Of a DNA stretch of 64,000 nt, positions 50,630-60,558 are shown one piece after another. The stretch lies in assembly GCA_030610085.1 (NCBI GenBank), contig JAUWSL010000001.1, forward strand, positions 2,740 through 66,739. The letters are read 5' to 3'. Below the pieces are notes generated by a model that made no database searches, was not told where the DNA came from, and saw nothing but the letters and a program-made list of their open reading frames with translations. The DNA comes from Candidatus Aegiribacteria sp. (GTDB taxonomy: Bacteria; Fermentibacterota; Fermentibacteria; Fermentibacterales; JCC-6). The position numbers and the translations under genes were made by a program. How positions within the stretch are numbered: the first letter of the stretch is position 1; each line of letters opens with the position of its first letter.

Positions 50630-51452
50630 AGACGCGTACGTAATAATAATAGGGGCGATGAAGAGCGGGACCACTTCACTCTATTCGTACCTTGCCAGGC
50701 ATCCTGCGATATGCGAGTGCAGGATAAAAGAGCCGGAGTATTTCACTCAACATCAGAGACATGGGGTCAGGGAGGAAAAGTACGAGGGATTGTGGAATTT
50801 TGATGAAACGGTTCACAGGTACGTACTTGAAGGTTCAACGGGATATACTAAATATCCTCTTGAGAAAGATATTCCGGAAAAGATCAGTGAGTACGGTATC
50901 AGACCCCTGTTCCTCTACATACTCAGGGATCCATTTGAAAGGATCGAATCCCATTACAACGCTGGCCGTTTCAACCCCGAATGGAACCTGTCAATCCTTG
51001 ATGAACACCTGGTTAACGTCAGTAACTATTATTTGCAGCTGCAGCGTTTCAGAGAGTATTTCCCACGCGAACGATTCCTTCTGCTGGATTTCTGTGAGCT
51101 CAGGAATTCACCGGATGATGTATTGCGTAGAATTTACAATTTTCTCAAACTGGACGAGAGTTTCTTCAAAGATCCCTACGACATCAAAAATAAAACCATT
51201 ATCAGTACAAAGTGGGACATAGCCTACAAAAAACTCCTTAGAGCCACAGGGATTAACAGGATTATCCCCGAGTCCCTGAAGAAGGTCTGCCGAAGTAAGC
51301 TCTCAAAAGTACGACCTGTTCAGAGAAGGTTGCTGACCGGGGACGAAAGAGAGAAGATCCACCGTATTCTCGAAGGAGATATGATAAAACTGCAGGATGA
51401 ATACGGATTCGATACAGGTAAATGGGGGTTTGGAACAGACAAAGGTTTATGA
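50613..51452 (+). CDS. PAPS-dependent sulfotransferase
   Basis: The 5'-PSB motif is IGAMKSGTTSL and the 3'-PB motif is RDPFERIES (RDPxxxxxS). The protein is 279 aa. Confidence 0.7.
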   Translation: MSRIPEDAYVIIIGAMKSGTTSLYSYLARHPAICECRIKEPEYFTQHQRHGVREEKYEGLWNFDETVHRYVLEGSTGYTKYPLEKDIPEKISEYGIRPLFLYILRDPFERIESHYNAGRFNPEWNLSILDEHLVNVSNYYLQLQRFREYFPRERFLLLDFCELRNSPDDVLRRIYNFLKLDESFFKDPYDIKNKTIISTKWDIAYKKLLRATGINRIIPESLKKVCRSKLSKVRPVQRRLLTGDEREKIHRILEGDMIKLQDEYGFDTGKWGFGTDKGL

Positions 51453-53036
51453 CATACGATCTTTTCTGGAGAACAACTTCCGTTTAACAGCAACCATGTA
51501 AACTCTGTATGTTGTCGAACCGAGAAGTGCCGTAACCGCAACGTAAAGTGCTATTCCGGGTACAATACCCATAGTCAGATTGAAGATCTTGCTGGCGAGG
51601 CCGGCGTTCAGATCGACTGGAAACAATCTGCACGAAAGTATAAGATATCCGACCATAACCGCGGTTGCCGTAAGAATTCTCAATAATTCAGGAACGAACT
51701 CCGAACCGTTGATACCTCCTAGTTTTTTCCGTAGAAAATACATCTGGAACAGTGTCTTTGCTGTTGATGTCAGGGTAGTTGCCAGAGCAAGCCCCCTTAT
51801 TCCAAGCGGTTGAATGAGAATAATATTGAGTAGAATATTCGCCATCACAGCCCATATGCCAAGGATAACAGGAATACTCGTCTCTTTTATTGAGTAGAAG
51901 GCTCTTCTTACGATCAACCCTATTCCTAACTGGGCAAACCATGGAGAGTAGAACGCCAGTGCATAACCGATGTGCTGAGATTGTTCGGGACCGAAATTGC
52001 CCCTCTGAAAGAGGGTAGATATAAGTGGTACTGAGAGAACCACAAGGATTCCGGAAGCTGGTATGGCGTAATAGGAAATATACTTTATGAAACTTGCTAT
52101 TTCGCTTTTCAGCCTGGGTAAATTATTCTCTGCTGCAGTTTTCGCGAATGAAACCGTTGCCAGAACAATAATAGGCTGAATCAGAACGATCCGTATCAAA
52201 TTCCTTATTCTTGAGGCATAGTCTATTGCTGTTACCGAACTTGACCTGAGGAATGAAGCCAGGACCTTATCCGCTGCAGGACCAAGAAAACCAGTAATAA
52301 CACCGATTATGATGGGTACAGCCAGTCTTACCATCTCCCTGAAATCACCATCTCGAGGATCGATCACCATCTGGTAGCGCAGGTGGAGACGCAGAGAGAT
52401 AACTGCAGATATAGAGAATGATGCAATGGCCCCGATTACACCGGATATGGGTATTACCATAATTCCAAGACTTTCGTGCCCCATAAGGACAACTATATAT
52501 GAGACAATAATCTGAAAGACTCGGACAAAACTGACGAGACCATACCTTTTCCCGTAGATCATGAAGTTATGCAAAATGCCTTCGATGGAGTTAAGGAAGA
52601 TCACGGGAAGGAATATTATCAGTACCTCACCGGCAAGGATAGCTGTGCTTCCCTCGACTCCCGGACCAATAATTCTGACAATTGATGACCCGAATAAAAG
52701 CACAGCGCCTATAAGAATTCCACCCGATATGGACATCCAGTTGATTATTCTGCTGATCAGGCGATTTGCAGCAGCATCTCCTTTGTCGAGCATTACTTTT
52801 GAATAGATAGGCATGAATGCCGCGCCGAAAGCAGTGGAGATTACCTGCTGGAGAAGAATAGGGATCACCATTGCAATTGAAATAGCGTCTGTCTGCCAGG
52901 TGGTGCCGAAGATCTGTGCTATTTCCGCAAACCGTAGATAAGTAACCAGAGCGATGAGAAGATTCCCGATCGAAAGAAGCGAGAACCCGGCTCCCTTACC
53001 CTTTTTACCTCCCAGCCAGCCCAGAACTCTAATCAA
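51447..53036 (-). CDS. murJ: MurJ/MviN-family (MOP superfamily) flippase
   Basis: The N-terminus GNLLIALVTYLRFAEIAQIFGTTWQTDAISIAMVIP matches the conserved MurJ start. The 529-aa protein has about 14 TM helices. Confidence 0.7.
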   Translation of the reverse strand: MIRVLGWLGGKKGKGAGFSLLSIGNLLIALVTYLRFAEIAQIFGTTWQTDAISIAMVIPILLQQVISTAFGAAFMPIYSKVMLDKGDAAANRLISRIINWMSISGGILIGAVLLFGSSIVRIIGPGVEGSTAILAGEVLIIFLPVIFLNSIEGILHNFMIYGKRYGLVSFVRVFQIIVSYIVVLMGHESLGIMVIPISGVIGAIASFSISAVISLRLHLRYQMVIDPRDGDFREMVRLAVPIIIGVITGFLGPAADKVLASFLRSSSVTAIDYASRIRNLIRIVLIQPIIVLATVSFAKTAAENNLPRLKSEIASFIKYISYYAIPASGILVVLSVPLISTLFQRGNFGPEQSQHIGYALAFYSPWFAQLGIGLIVRRAFYSIKETSIPVILGIWAVMANILLNIILIQPLGIRGLALATTLTSTAKTLFQMYFLRKKLGGINGSEFVPELLRILTATAVMVGYLILSCRLFPVDLNAGLASKIFNLTMGIVPGIALYVAVTALLGSTTYRVYMVAVKRKLFSRKDRMS

Positions 53037-53072
53037 GAAATTCCTTTCGGGTATGCGTTCATTGTGATACCG

Positions 53073-54179
53073 TCAGTCCACTGCTTTCTCATAGACTTCC
53101 AGCGTTTTTAGTGCGGTTTCCCTCCAGGAGAAACAGCCAGCTCTCTCAAGCCCCCTCTGCGAAAGACTCTCTCTTAACTCACTACTGCTGCTGAGGAGAT
53201 TAATACCATCTGAAATTGAATCAACCGAAAGGGGATCAACAAGAAAAGCTGAATCTCCAGATATTTCCGGCATCGATGAAACATTTGAAGTTATTACCGG
53301 AGTACCGCATGCCATGGCTTCCAGTATCGGGAAACCGAAGCCCTCAAGTATAGAGGGGTAAACAAGAAATTCAGCGGAGGACAGCAGTGCCGGCAGGTGG
53401 TCATCTTCAACGTATCCAGTAAGGTGTATTCTGTCTCGGTTGGGATGATCGGATATCAGCTTCAGCAGCTTTTCGTACTTCCACCCGAGTCCACCGGTGA
53501 TAACCAGGGAATGCGGGATGCTGGAGCATGAAAGAGAGAATGCCTCAAGAAGTCTCTTTATGTTTTTTCTGGGTTCAAGTGTGCCCAGGAAGAGCAGGAA
53601 ACGAGATGGAAGACCGTAAAGATTCACAACCGATTCAAGGGAGGCACGGCAGGTTATCCTCCGGAATCTGTCGGAGATGCCAAGGTGTACTACATTGATC
53701 TTATGGGCAGCCCATGGAAAAAGCCTTTCAAGTTCTGAGGCTGAAAAGAAGGAATCCGTCAGTATCTGACGGGCTTTCCGAAGATGCGCCGGGAAAAACC
53801 TGCCGGATAGAGCAGACCTGAACCTGTGGACACCGGGATTCGTAAAATTAGAGAGATCGTGCACGGTTATTACTCCAGGTACAGGCAGGACGAATGGAAG
53901 CGGGTAGACCGGGTCATGAAAAAGCTGCACTCCATCGTTCTTCAGGCGTATCGGCAGGCCGATCTGATACCACAATTGCAGATGGCGAGAAGGAAAGGGA
54001 ACGATAACCGTTCTGAATCTGCCGGGAAGGTCCAGTTCAAAGGGTATAGGTCGATTTGTATAAAGAATGTACTCATTCTGATTATCCACATCTGCAAGAG
54101 CTTTAAGAAGGTTTAGTATGTAGTTTGGAATTCCAGCCCTCAGAACTGTAAGAGGAGAGATTTTCATACCTATTCTCAT
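53073..54179 (-). CDS. family 4 glycosyltransferase, divergent paralog of 54456-55574
   Basis: The GT4 signature [24 protein letters not shown] is present. The start is probably MRIGMKISPL at 54179; the track ORF extends to 54236. Confidence 0.8.
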   Translation of the reverse strand: MRIGMKISPLTVLRAGIPNYILNLLKALADVDNQNEYILYTNRPIPFELDLPGRFRTVIVPFPSRHLQLWYQIGLPIRLKNDGVQLFHDPVYPLPFVLPVPGVITVHDLSNFTNPGVHRFRSALSGRFFPAHLRKARQILTDSFFSASELERLFPWAAHKINVVHLGISDRFRRITCRASLESVVNLYGLPSRFLLFLGTLEPRKNIKRLLEAFSLSCSSIPHSLVITGGLGWKYEKLLKLISDHPNRDRIHLTGYVEDDHLPALLSSAEFLVYPSILEGFGFPILEAMACGTPVITSNVSSMPEISGDSAFLVDPLSVDSISDGINLLSSSSELRESLSQRGLERAGCFSWRETALKTLEVYEKAVD

Positions 54180-54455
54180 ATATGATGCTGCCTTTTCTAT
54201 TCTGTAACGGAGAAAAGGTTCGGCAGGGAAAAACACCTGCGTTCCATTTCCTTAAGAAGCACTAAATTTTAATATAACATCACTCGAGCTAAGGTAGTTA
54301 CCGACCCCCTGCATCAGAGAAACTGTGCAAAAATGCACGCAGGACTTCAATCTGGTGATTCAGTATATATCACCATAAATTCGATATTTATTTAGGGCAG
54401 TTCAACGGAATACATCCTGAGGTTAACGAAGAAAAATTTCATAGGGAGAGATTAT

Positions 54456-55574
54456 TTGCGCATAGGATTGGAAATTTCACCGCTGGCCATTAATGCTTCG
54501 GGAATACCGAATTACATATTCAGGCTGCTTCATGGGTTCGCTTCAATCGATACGGAGAACCAGTACTTTCTTTACACGAACAGACCGGTTCCCTTTGACC
54601 TTGGACTACCGGGTAATTTCAGCACCATAATTCTCAAAAAACCGCTTCCCCGCTTTCAACTGTGGTTTCAGATTGAGCTTCCACTGAGACTGAGAAAAGA
54701 TGGGATCGATGTTTTCCATGGTCTGTTTTCCCGCCTGCCCTTTGTGCTTCCCGTGCCTGGAGTGATTACCGTTCATGATCTTTCGGGGTACAAGATGCCC
54801 CGGTTTCACAAGAGAAAGACGCATTTCACTAACCTCATGTACCCCTTTTTCGTGAAAAAGGCTTCTCGGATAATCGCTGTCTCCGAGTTCACTGCGAAAG
54901 AGCTTGGATCCTGCTTACCAGAAGCATCAGGCAAGACGTCTGTAATCCATGAGGCAGCTCCGCTGGAATACTCCGAAGTAACAGATGAATCTGAACTTAA
55001 CAGAATCAGTCAGAAATACAGTCTGCCACGCCGGTTTTTTCTTTTCCTCGGAACCCTCGAACCAAGGAAGAACCTGCCAGGCTTGCTGGAAGCCTTCCTG
55101 AGGGAAGCCGATTCAATCCCCCATTCACTTGTTATCTCGGGAGCTATAGGATGGAAAACGGAAGAGTTCTTCAATAATCTGAAAGTGTCCGCCAGTAAGG
55201 ATAAAGTAAAACTGACAGGGTTCGTTGATAAAGAGGATATTCCCGCTCTTCTGTCGCTTGCAGAGGTTTTCATATATCCATCCCTTTACGAGGGATTCGG
55301 TCTTCCCATCCTTGAGGCAATGGCATGTGGCACCCCTGTAATAACTTCAGATGCCGCATCGATGCCGGAAATTGCCGGAGATGCTGCACTGCTGGTTGAT
55401 CCCCGGTCAACGGAAAGTATTTCCAATGCCATCAGTACCCTTGCCAATGATGAAGAAAAAAGGGTATTGATGCGCGCAAAGGGACTGCAAAGGGCAAGCG
55501 AGTTCAGCTGGGAGGTAACCGCAGAGAGAACTCTTGAAGTATACAGGCAGGCAATATTGAAAGAGAAGATCTGA
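54456..55574 (+). CDS. family 4 glycosyltransferase, divergent paralog of 53073-54179
   Basis: The GT4 signature [24 protein letters not shown] is present. The N-terminus [22 protein letters not shown]… is near-identical to that of the divergent neighbour. Confidence 0.8.
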   Translation: MRIGLEISPLAINASGIPNYIFRLLHGFASIDTENQYFLYTNRPVPFDLGLPGNFSTIILKKPLPRFQLWFQIELPLRLRKDGIDVFHGLFSRLPFVLPVPGVITVHDLSGYKMPRFHKRKTHFTNLMYPFFVKKASRIIAVSEFTAKELGSCLPEASGKTSVIHEAAPLEYSEVTDESELNRISQKYSLPRRFFLFLGTLEPRKNLPGLLEAFLREADSIPHSLVISGAIGWKTEEFFNNLKVSASKDKVKLTGFVDKEDIPALLSLAEVFIYPSLYEGFGLPILEAMACGTPVITSDAASMPEIAGDAALLVDPRSTESISNAISTLANDEEKRVLMRAKGLQRASEFSWEVTAERTLEVYRQAILKEKI

Positions 55575-56612
55575 ATGAGAATTCTGATAGCTTCCACAGG
55601 AACTATTCCGGGATACTCCGGAGGATGGACAACAACCCTTGACCTGCTCGAAGACAGTCATCAGTCCATGTACGTCATATCCGATGTGAAGCCAGGTCTG
55701 CACAGCATGGAAGGTGTAACATATCTGGGGCTGGGTCTTGGGCGGGTAGACAGCAAGGCATCTCTGCTTCCAGACCGCCTTGCTGGTCTGCTAAGAAAAG
55801 CTCTTATTCCATCCGCTGTAAAGTGGGCTTTCAGAAAATTCGACGCTGATTTTGTCATGTGCCTGGATGAAGCCATGGGTTTCCCGATACAGAAAACCGG
55901 TTTACCGTACGCCATGAGGTTTCACAGAAAGGTGGAGCCTGCTGTAATAGGTGCTCCACTGGAGAATCTGCTCGCGGGAGCCCTCTTTTCCACAGCTACT
56001 CCCGGCGCGGATATCCCGGGGGTGGAAGTGATTCCTCATAATCAGGATCTGTCACGCTTCAGTTTCGCTCCCGCCGTAAAACCTGAAAGAGCTTTACTCC
56101 TTACCAGTATAAATGAAGCGCATGAACCAGATCTTTTCATTGAGGGAATATGCCTTTCCAGGAGTATGAAAGGGGATATCATAGGAACCGGTCCTTCAAG
56201 AAAGAGAATCGAGAAAAGCTGCCGCAGCACAGGAGGAAAGGTTCGCTGCCTGAAACCGATTCCGAGGCTGCAGCTGGGACAGCTTTCAGGTCAGTATCAG
56301 GTAGGTGTAGCGACACTGATCAGGCGTGACAGGGTAGTATATCAGATGAAGGTTAACATGTACCTGGCCTGCGGAATGCATACAATTGTCAAGCCGTATA
56401 CGCACATAGTCAGGGAAGCTCCCGAGCTTGTTGATACTTTTTCTACTCCCGGTGAACTTGCGGACAGACTTGATGAAACTGCCCGGAAGTGGAGGGAACT
56501 TGAACCAAGGCGGCGGAGGGCAAGGGAGTGGGTTATGGAAAACTATTCTGTTGAGATTTCGAGGAAGCGGTTCAGGGAGATTTTGAAAAATATATTCAGC
56601 GATGGTACTTGA
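55575..56612 (+). CDS. hypothetical protein, possibly a GT-B-fold glycosyltransferase-like protein
   Basis: The 345-aa protein starts 1 nt after the GT4 stop. The N-terminus [18 protein letters not shown] resembles GT-B starts. I see no clear catalytic motif. Confidence 0.3.
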   Translation: MRILIASTGTIPGYSGGWTTTLDLLEDSHQSMYVISDVKPGLHSMEGVTYLGLGLGRVDSKASLLPDRLAGLLRKALIPSAVKWAFRKFDADFVMCLDEAMGFPIQKTGLPYAMRFHRKVEPAVIGAPLENLLAGALFSTATPGADIPGVEVIPHNQDLSRFSFAPAVKPERALLLTSINEAHEPDLFIEGICLSRSMKGDIIGTGPSRKRIEKSCRSTGGKVRCLKPIPRLQLGQLSGQYQVGVATLIRRDRVVYQMKVNMYLACGMHTIVKPYTHIVREAPELVDTFSTPGELADRLDETARKWRELEPRRRRAREWVMENYSVEISRKRFREILKNIFSDGT

Positions 56613-56631
56613 ATCATGTATTGCATGAGCG

Positions 56632-57474
56632 ATGTTGAGAGCGGAGGAAGAAATCTACATTACTGACAGGATCGCCTATCTGCGGCTCCAGAAAACGGGC
56701 AGTTCTCACGTATTACGAGCGCTGAAAATGACCTGCCCCGGTCAGCAGGGGGAAATGCATGGGAGGCTTCCCGAATCTATTCTGAGCAGCGATCGTATCG
56801 TAGCTGCCTCTGTAAGGAATCCCTGGGACTGGTACGTATCCGTCTGGGCGTACGGATGTGACGGTGAAGGTGTACTTTTTGACAGGCTGACCGGTCCAAG
56901 GCAAATCCTTGGCCATGGCTACCGGAAGTCGCTCCTCACGGGTATGTCTAACTTCATGCACGAATTTCTGCGCTCCCGCCGACCCTGGCGCGAGACCTAC
57001 TCAGATTCTTCATCACCTGCTCTGTTCAGGCGGTGGCTCACAGCCTTGCTGGATCCACAGAGGAGCCGGGAGCTCGGAGAGTCTTTCGGAAGATCTTCTT
57101 TAAGCCGGTTTGCCGGTTTCTATACTTACCGATACTGCTGGTTATTCCACCGCACAGTGGAGCATCTTTACAATGGAAGCGTCCATGACCAGGAGACGCT
57201 CCAGGAGGCAGATCGTAAGCTGAATATCGTCCAGCACATGCTACAGACGGAAAAACTGACTGATGGAATCCTGGAGCTGCTTGAAACTGCGGGAATCAAT
57301 ATCGATCCCCGTTCGAGAAATGAAATCGTTGCGATGAACAGAACCAACCCTTCTTCCAGAAAGAAGGATTATTCCTTTTATTATGACAGAGCTTCCTCAG
57401 ATCTGGTAGGTAACAGGGACGCTCTGATAGTAAAAAAATATGGCTACAGGCCACCTGAGATTAAACCAGTCTGA
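56632..57474 (+). CDS. sulfotransferase, Stf0-like
   Basis: The 5'-PSB-like motif is LQKTGSSHV and the 3'-PB motif is RNPWDWYVS (RxPxxxxxS). The start is non-ATG. Confidence 0.5.
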   Translation: MLRAEEEIYITDRIAYLRLQKTGSSHVLRALKMTCPGQQGEMHGRLPESILSSDRIVAASVRNPWDWYVSVWAYGCDGEGVLFDRLTGPRQILGHGYRKSLLTGMSNFMHEFLRSRRPWRETYSDSSSPALFRRWLTALLDPQRSRELGESFGRSSLSRFAGFYTYRYCWLFHRTVEHLYNGSVHDQETLQEADRKLNIVQHMLQTEKLTDGILELLETAGINIDPRSRNEIVAMNRTNPSSRKKDYSFYYDRASSDLVGNRDALIVKKYGYRPPEIKPV

Positions 57475-59563
57475 GTTTTTCAAGGGAAGCGATTCTCCAC
57501 TCTCTATTGTTATCCCCGGGAAGTACCACCATATCTCCGAGGGTTTTTCCCAGAAGAACTTTCCCGAGGGGCGCCAGGTAGTTGATTCTTCCATTTTCCG
57601 GATCCGCATCCAGCGGGCCTACAATATCAATTATCTGCACCGTTTCCGCTCCGCCGCTTTCCTGGATCTGTACCCTTATACCCGGGCTGACAATGTCCAG
57701 ATTGATCTCATCCTGCGGATAAACCCGGTACCTCTGAAGTTCCTTATTCCATCTGTTAATCTTATCCAGCAGCAGATCTCTCTTTTCTATCGCCGCGGTG
57801 TATTCCGCATTCTCCGAAAGGTCTCCGTGGGAGGCGGCCACTCCTATGGCTTCGGCTGCGGCTGGTATCTCTTTCTGCTTCAGCCTCAGGATGTCGGTTT
57901 CCAGCTGTTCGATGGCTTCGGGGCTTGAGAAAAGTGCATCCGATTCCCAGAAATGCTTCTTCGCAGGTTTTCCAATGGAGGAACTTTTTCTGCGTGATAT
58001 CTCCCTTAGCACAAGGAGACAAAGTCCCTCATTCTGAGCTGTGGCGCTCGTATTGAAACTATCATGGTAGTTACTGAGTTTTCTTGTATCAAGTGAGGAG
58101 AGGTAAGCGTCAAGCTTCGGTCTCAGGGTACCCATAAGAAGACCGATCACCTTCTTCTGTGTATCAGCGCTTGAGAATATCAGGTTATCAAGGAAGAGAC
58201 CCGTCTGATTATCTCCAAGGCTTTCATTCCACTGATCCCCGCGTGAAGCAAGAAATGTAAGGGTCCAGAGGAATCTGTCAGTTTTCGATGGCTTTGAGAG
58301 ATAATCACCCATGCACTCCGAAAGAAGCTCGGGGTCGGATCTCTCCAGAAAGGCAGCTGCATGTTCCCAGAGCGGACGTCTGAGTCCCGAGAGCAACCTT
58401 ATTTTTTCCACTCGTTCGGTTTGGTCTGAGAAAAAGAGCTCAAGATAATCCTTCCTGCATGCCGCAGAACGGATTTCTCCCAGGGCTCTCTCCCCTCTGG
58501 CGGCGGTGTGTTCCAGTAGATCGTGCTTAATATCCGTGAAATTGCCGGACGTGCCTCTGTTGCTGAGGATCCAGGAAAGTTCAAACAGAGAGCCTGTTTC
58601 AGGGCTTGCAGAGCTGCGCACATCATTCAGCAGTTCTGTCAATCCATCCGGGGGGGTGCTGCAGCAGGATTTCAGAAGAGCCTGAACCTCTTTCACTTTT
58701 TCTCGGGCAGGTACTTTCCGCCTGTTGATGATCTTCCTTACCCTCTCAAGGAACTCCACATTTTCATCCATAAGTGCGATACGGTCACCAAGATCAACGA
58801 ATCCCTCGGTTGAAGCCGATGTTTTCCTGAGAATTTTCCATGCTTCGCCCACTGTGAATTCGGAGCCGGAGAAAAAAGCGGGCAGGTCCTGGATGCATAT
58901 CTCACCTGGATTCTCCAGTGGTTCTGCAGCGAGTCTTTCAAGAAACTCGGAAGGAGATTCCCTGAAAAGACGGGAAAATTCATCCAGATTTCTCCAGGAG
59001 AGGACCGCAAGGGAATTGGAAGCCAGCGGTCTTGTGGATTCAAGGGTGACATTCAGTTTCATGTCATGGTTCTGAGCCGTCTTAAAATCGATAGTTACAT
59101 GAGTTCGGCTCATTCTTGTTATCTGTCCGACACCGAAGGTGCCATGGTACAGATAGCCGTCTTTTCTGTACTTCATGAGCGATTTGAATACCTGCCATGA
59201 CGACTGCACATCGGTATTTTCTTTCTTGAGTCCGCTGAGTTTCAGAAATTGCTCCAGGGGTTGAAACATCAGGTTTTCATCCCTGAGCACTTCAACAAGA
59301 GCTTTCCTTAAAGGCTCTGATCTCCGGAATAATTCCGCCGCTTTGAATAGAAAATTCGAAAAAATATCTTCAGCATCGATTTCCTTCTCGGTAATTATCA
59401 ATTCAAGAAGTTCTGCGGCGAGGTCATCCTCTCCATTATTAAGAAGAATAGAGAAGGCGGCGATCATTTCATCGTACGAGGTATCGCCGTCGAGGGTTTC
59501 AATCCAAAGGTCAGTAAGGGCATCGTAATCACAGGCACTTGCGGCATCGAGAATTTTGGACAA
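57461..59563 (-). CDS. greA: GreA/GreB-domain protein with a large N-terminal extension (long GreA-like transcription factor)
   Basis: The C-terminal roughly 160 aa match GreA: HGDLSENAEYTAAIEKRD…, a coiled coil and the FKBP-like ISPGIRVQ…APLGKVLLGKTLGDMVVLPG. It is preceded by about 540 aa with no motif I recognise. The start is uncertain (TTG at 59563 behind GGAGGA; the track ORF runs to 59854). Confidence 0.6.
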   Translation of the reverse strand: MSKILDAASACDYDALTDLWIETLDGDTSYDEMIAAFSILLNNGEDDLAAELLELIITEKEIDAEDIFSNFLFKAAELFRRSEPLRKALVEVLRDENLMFQPLEQFLKLSGLKKENTDVQSSWQVFKSLMKYRKDGYLYHGTFGVGQITRMSRTHVTIDFKTAQNHDMKLNVTLESTRPLASNSLAVLSWRNLDEFSRLFRESPSEFLERLAAEPLENPGEICIQDLPAFFSGSEFTVGEAWKILRKTSASTEGFVDLGDRIALMDENVEFLERVRKIINRRKVPAREKVKEVQALLKSCCSTPPDGLTELLNDVRSSASPETGSLFELSWILSNRGTSGNFTDIKHDLLEHTAARGERALGEIRSAACRKDYLELFFSDQTERVEKIRLLSGLRRPLWEHAAAFLERSDPELLSECMGDYLSKPSKTDRFLWTLTFLASRGDQWNESLGDNQTGLFLDNLIFSSADTQKKVIGLLMGTLRPKLDAYLSSLDTRKLSNYHDSFNTSATAQNEGLCLLVLREISRRKSSSIGKPAKKHFWESDALFSSPEAIEQLETDILRLKQKEIPAAAEAIGVAASHGDLSENAEYTAAIEKRDLLLDKINRWNKELQRYRVYPQDEINLDIVSPGIRVQIQESGGAETVQIIDIVGPLDADPENGRINYLAPLGKVLLGKTLGDMVVLPGDNNREWRIASLEKLRLV

Positions 59564-59633
59564 TCTTCCTCCTGTCTGAGAAACAATAATATACTGCGTA
59601 GAGCGCAGTACAAGGATGGCAGGAGGAAGAAAC

Positions 59634-60533
59634 TTGAGTAAAAAAAATGATGATTCCGAAAAAAAACTCAACAGAAGACAGTTTCTGGGAAAGGCCGGTA
59701 AACTGGGAGGAGCCGATTTTCTTTCTTCCTTTGCCGGAAAAGCACTTGCCGGGGAGTGGGAACAGGGAATGGAAGAATTCTGGACAGAGGGTACGTTCAA
59801 ACAGGATACAGTTGACGCTTCGAGGGAAGCTGAGGGAATTGTCAGGGCGTTCATTGATGGAAGATGGGAGGAATTCCGTACATTAGAGCTGCCTCAGCCT
59901 TTTATGGACTGGAACCTTTCCGCCCGCCTGGAAGTGCTTGAGAACATATCCCTGATGTTCAGCGGAGAGGGAGGTTCTCCCCCTTCCCTTGCGGGGCCTC
60001 ACAATGCGGCGATGGCGACCTGGGGTGGAAGCAGGGCGGACAGCAGACTGGAGATAAACAACGCTTTCAAGGGGATGGGTCTGTGTCCCAGGAGGTTGAT
60101 CATCAAGGACCTTCTTGCCCGGATGGAAGAGTTAATGTCCGGTGGTATGGGTCCGAGACTGCAGTATCTCACAGATCTCTATTCGGATGCCGCAAATTTC
60201 GACCTGACGAAAATGATTTCCCTGGAACTTTACAGCACCCAGGAATTTGAAACCCACACTTTCATCAATCTTATGGAACGCCCTACAACATCACTCGTGT
60301 TCCTGGATAACAAGTCATACGAGGTCAGAGGCATTGGTCAGCTTGTGGCTCCAGGTGATACCGAAGCTGGAGATTATGCGGTTGATATCGTGAAGTATAC
60401 TAATATGGCCCACACCCTCTTTCACGGAGATTTTCCGAGGCTGTATCCAGGGATTCTGGTTCATGTCACCGCTGTGTTCGACAATACGCCGGGTTCAGGT
60501 CGCGGAGTAAGGATAGCGCCGCCGCTGGTATAG
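59634..60533 (+). CDS. hypothetical exported protein with a twin-arginine (Tat) signal
   Basis: It carries NRRQFLGKAG followed by a hydrophobic stretch ending ALA. The start is probably the TTG at 59634 behind AGGAGG; the track starts at 59616. Confidence 0.45.
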   Translation: MSKKNDDSEKKLNRRQFLGKAGKLGGADFLSSFAGKALAGEWEQGMEEFWTEGTFKQDTVDASREAEGIVRAFIDGRWEEFRTLELPQPFMDWNLSARLEVLENISLMFSGEGGSPPSLAGPHNAAMATWGGSRADSRLEINNAFKGMGLCPRRLIIKDLLARMEELMSGGMGPRLQYLTDLYSDAANFDLTKMISLELYSTQEFETHTFINLMERPTTSLVFLDNKSYEVRGIGQLVAPGDTEAGDYAVDIVKYTNMAHTLFHGDFPRLYPGILVHVTAVFDNTPGSGRGVRIAPPLV

Positions 60534-60558
60534 CATGCATCCTGGAAACTGACTGCCC

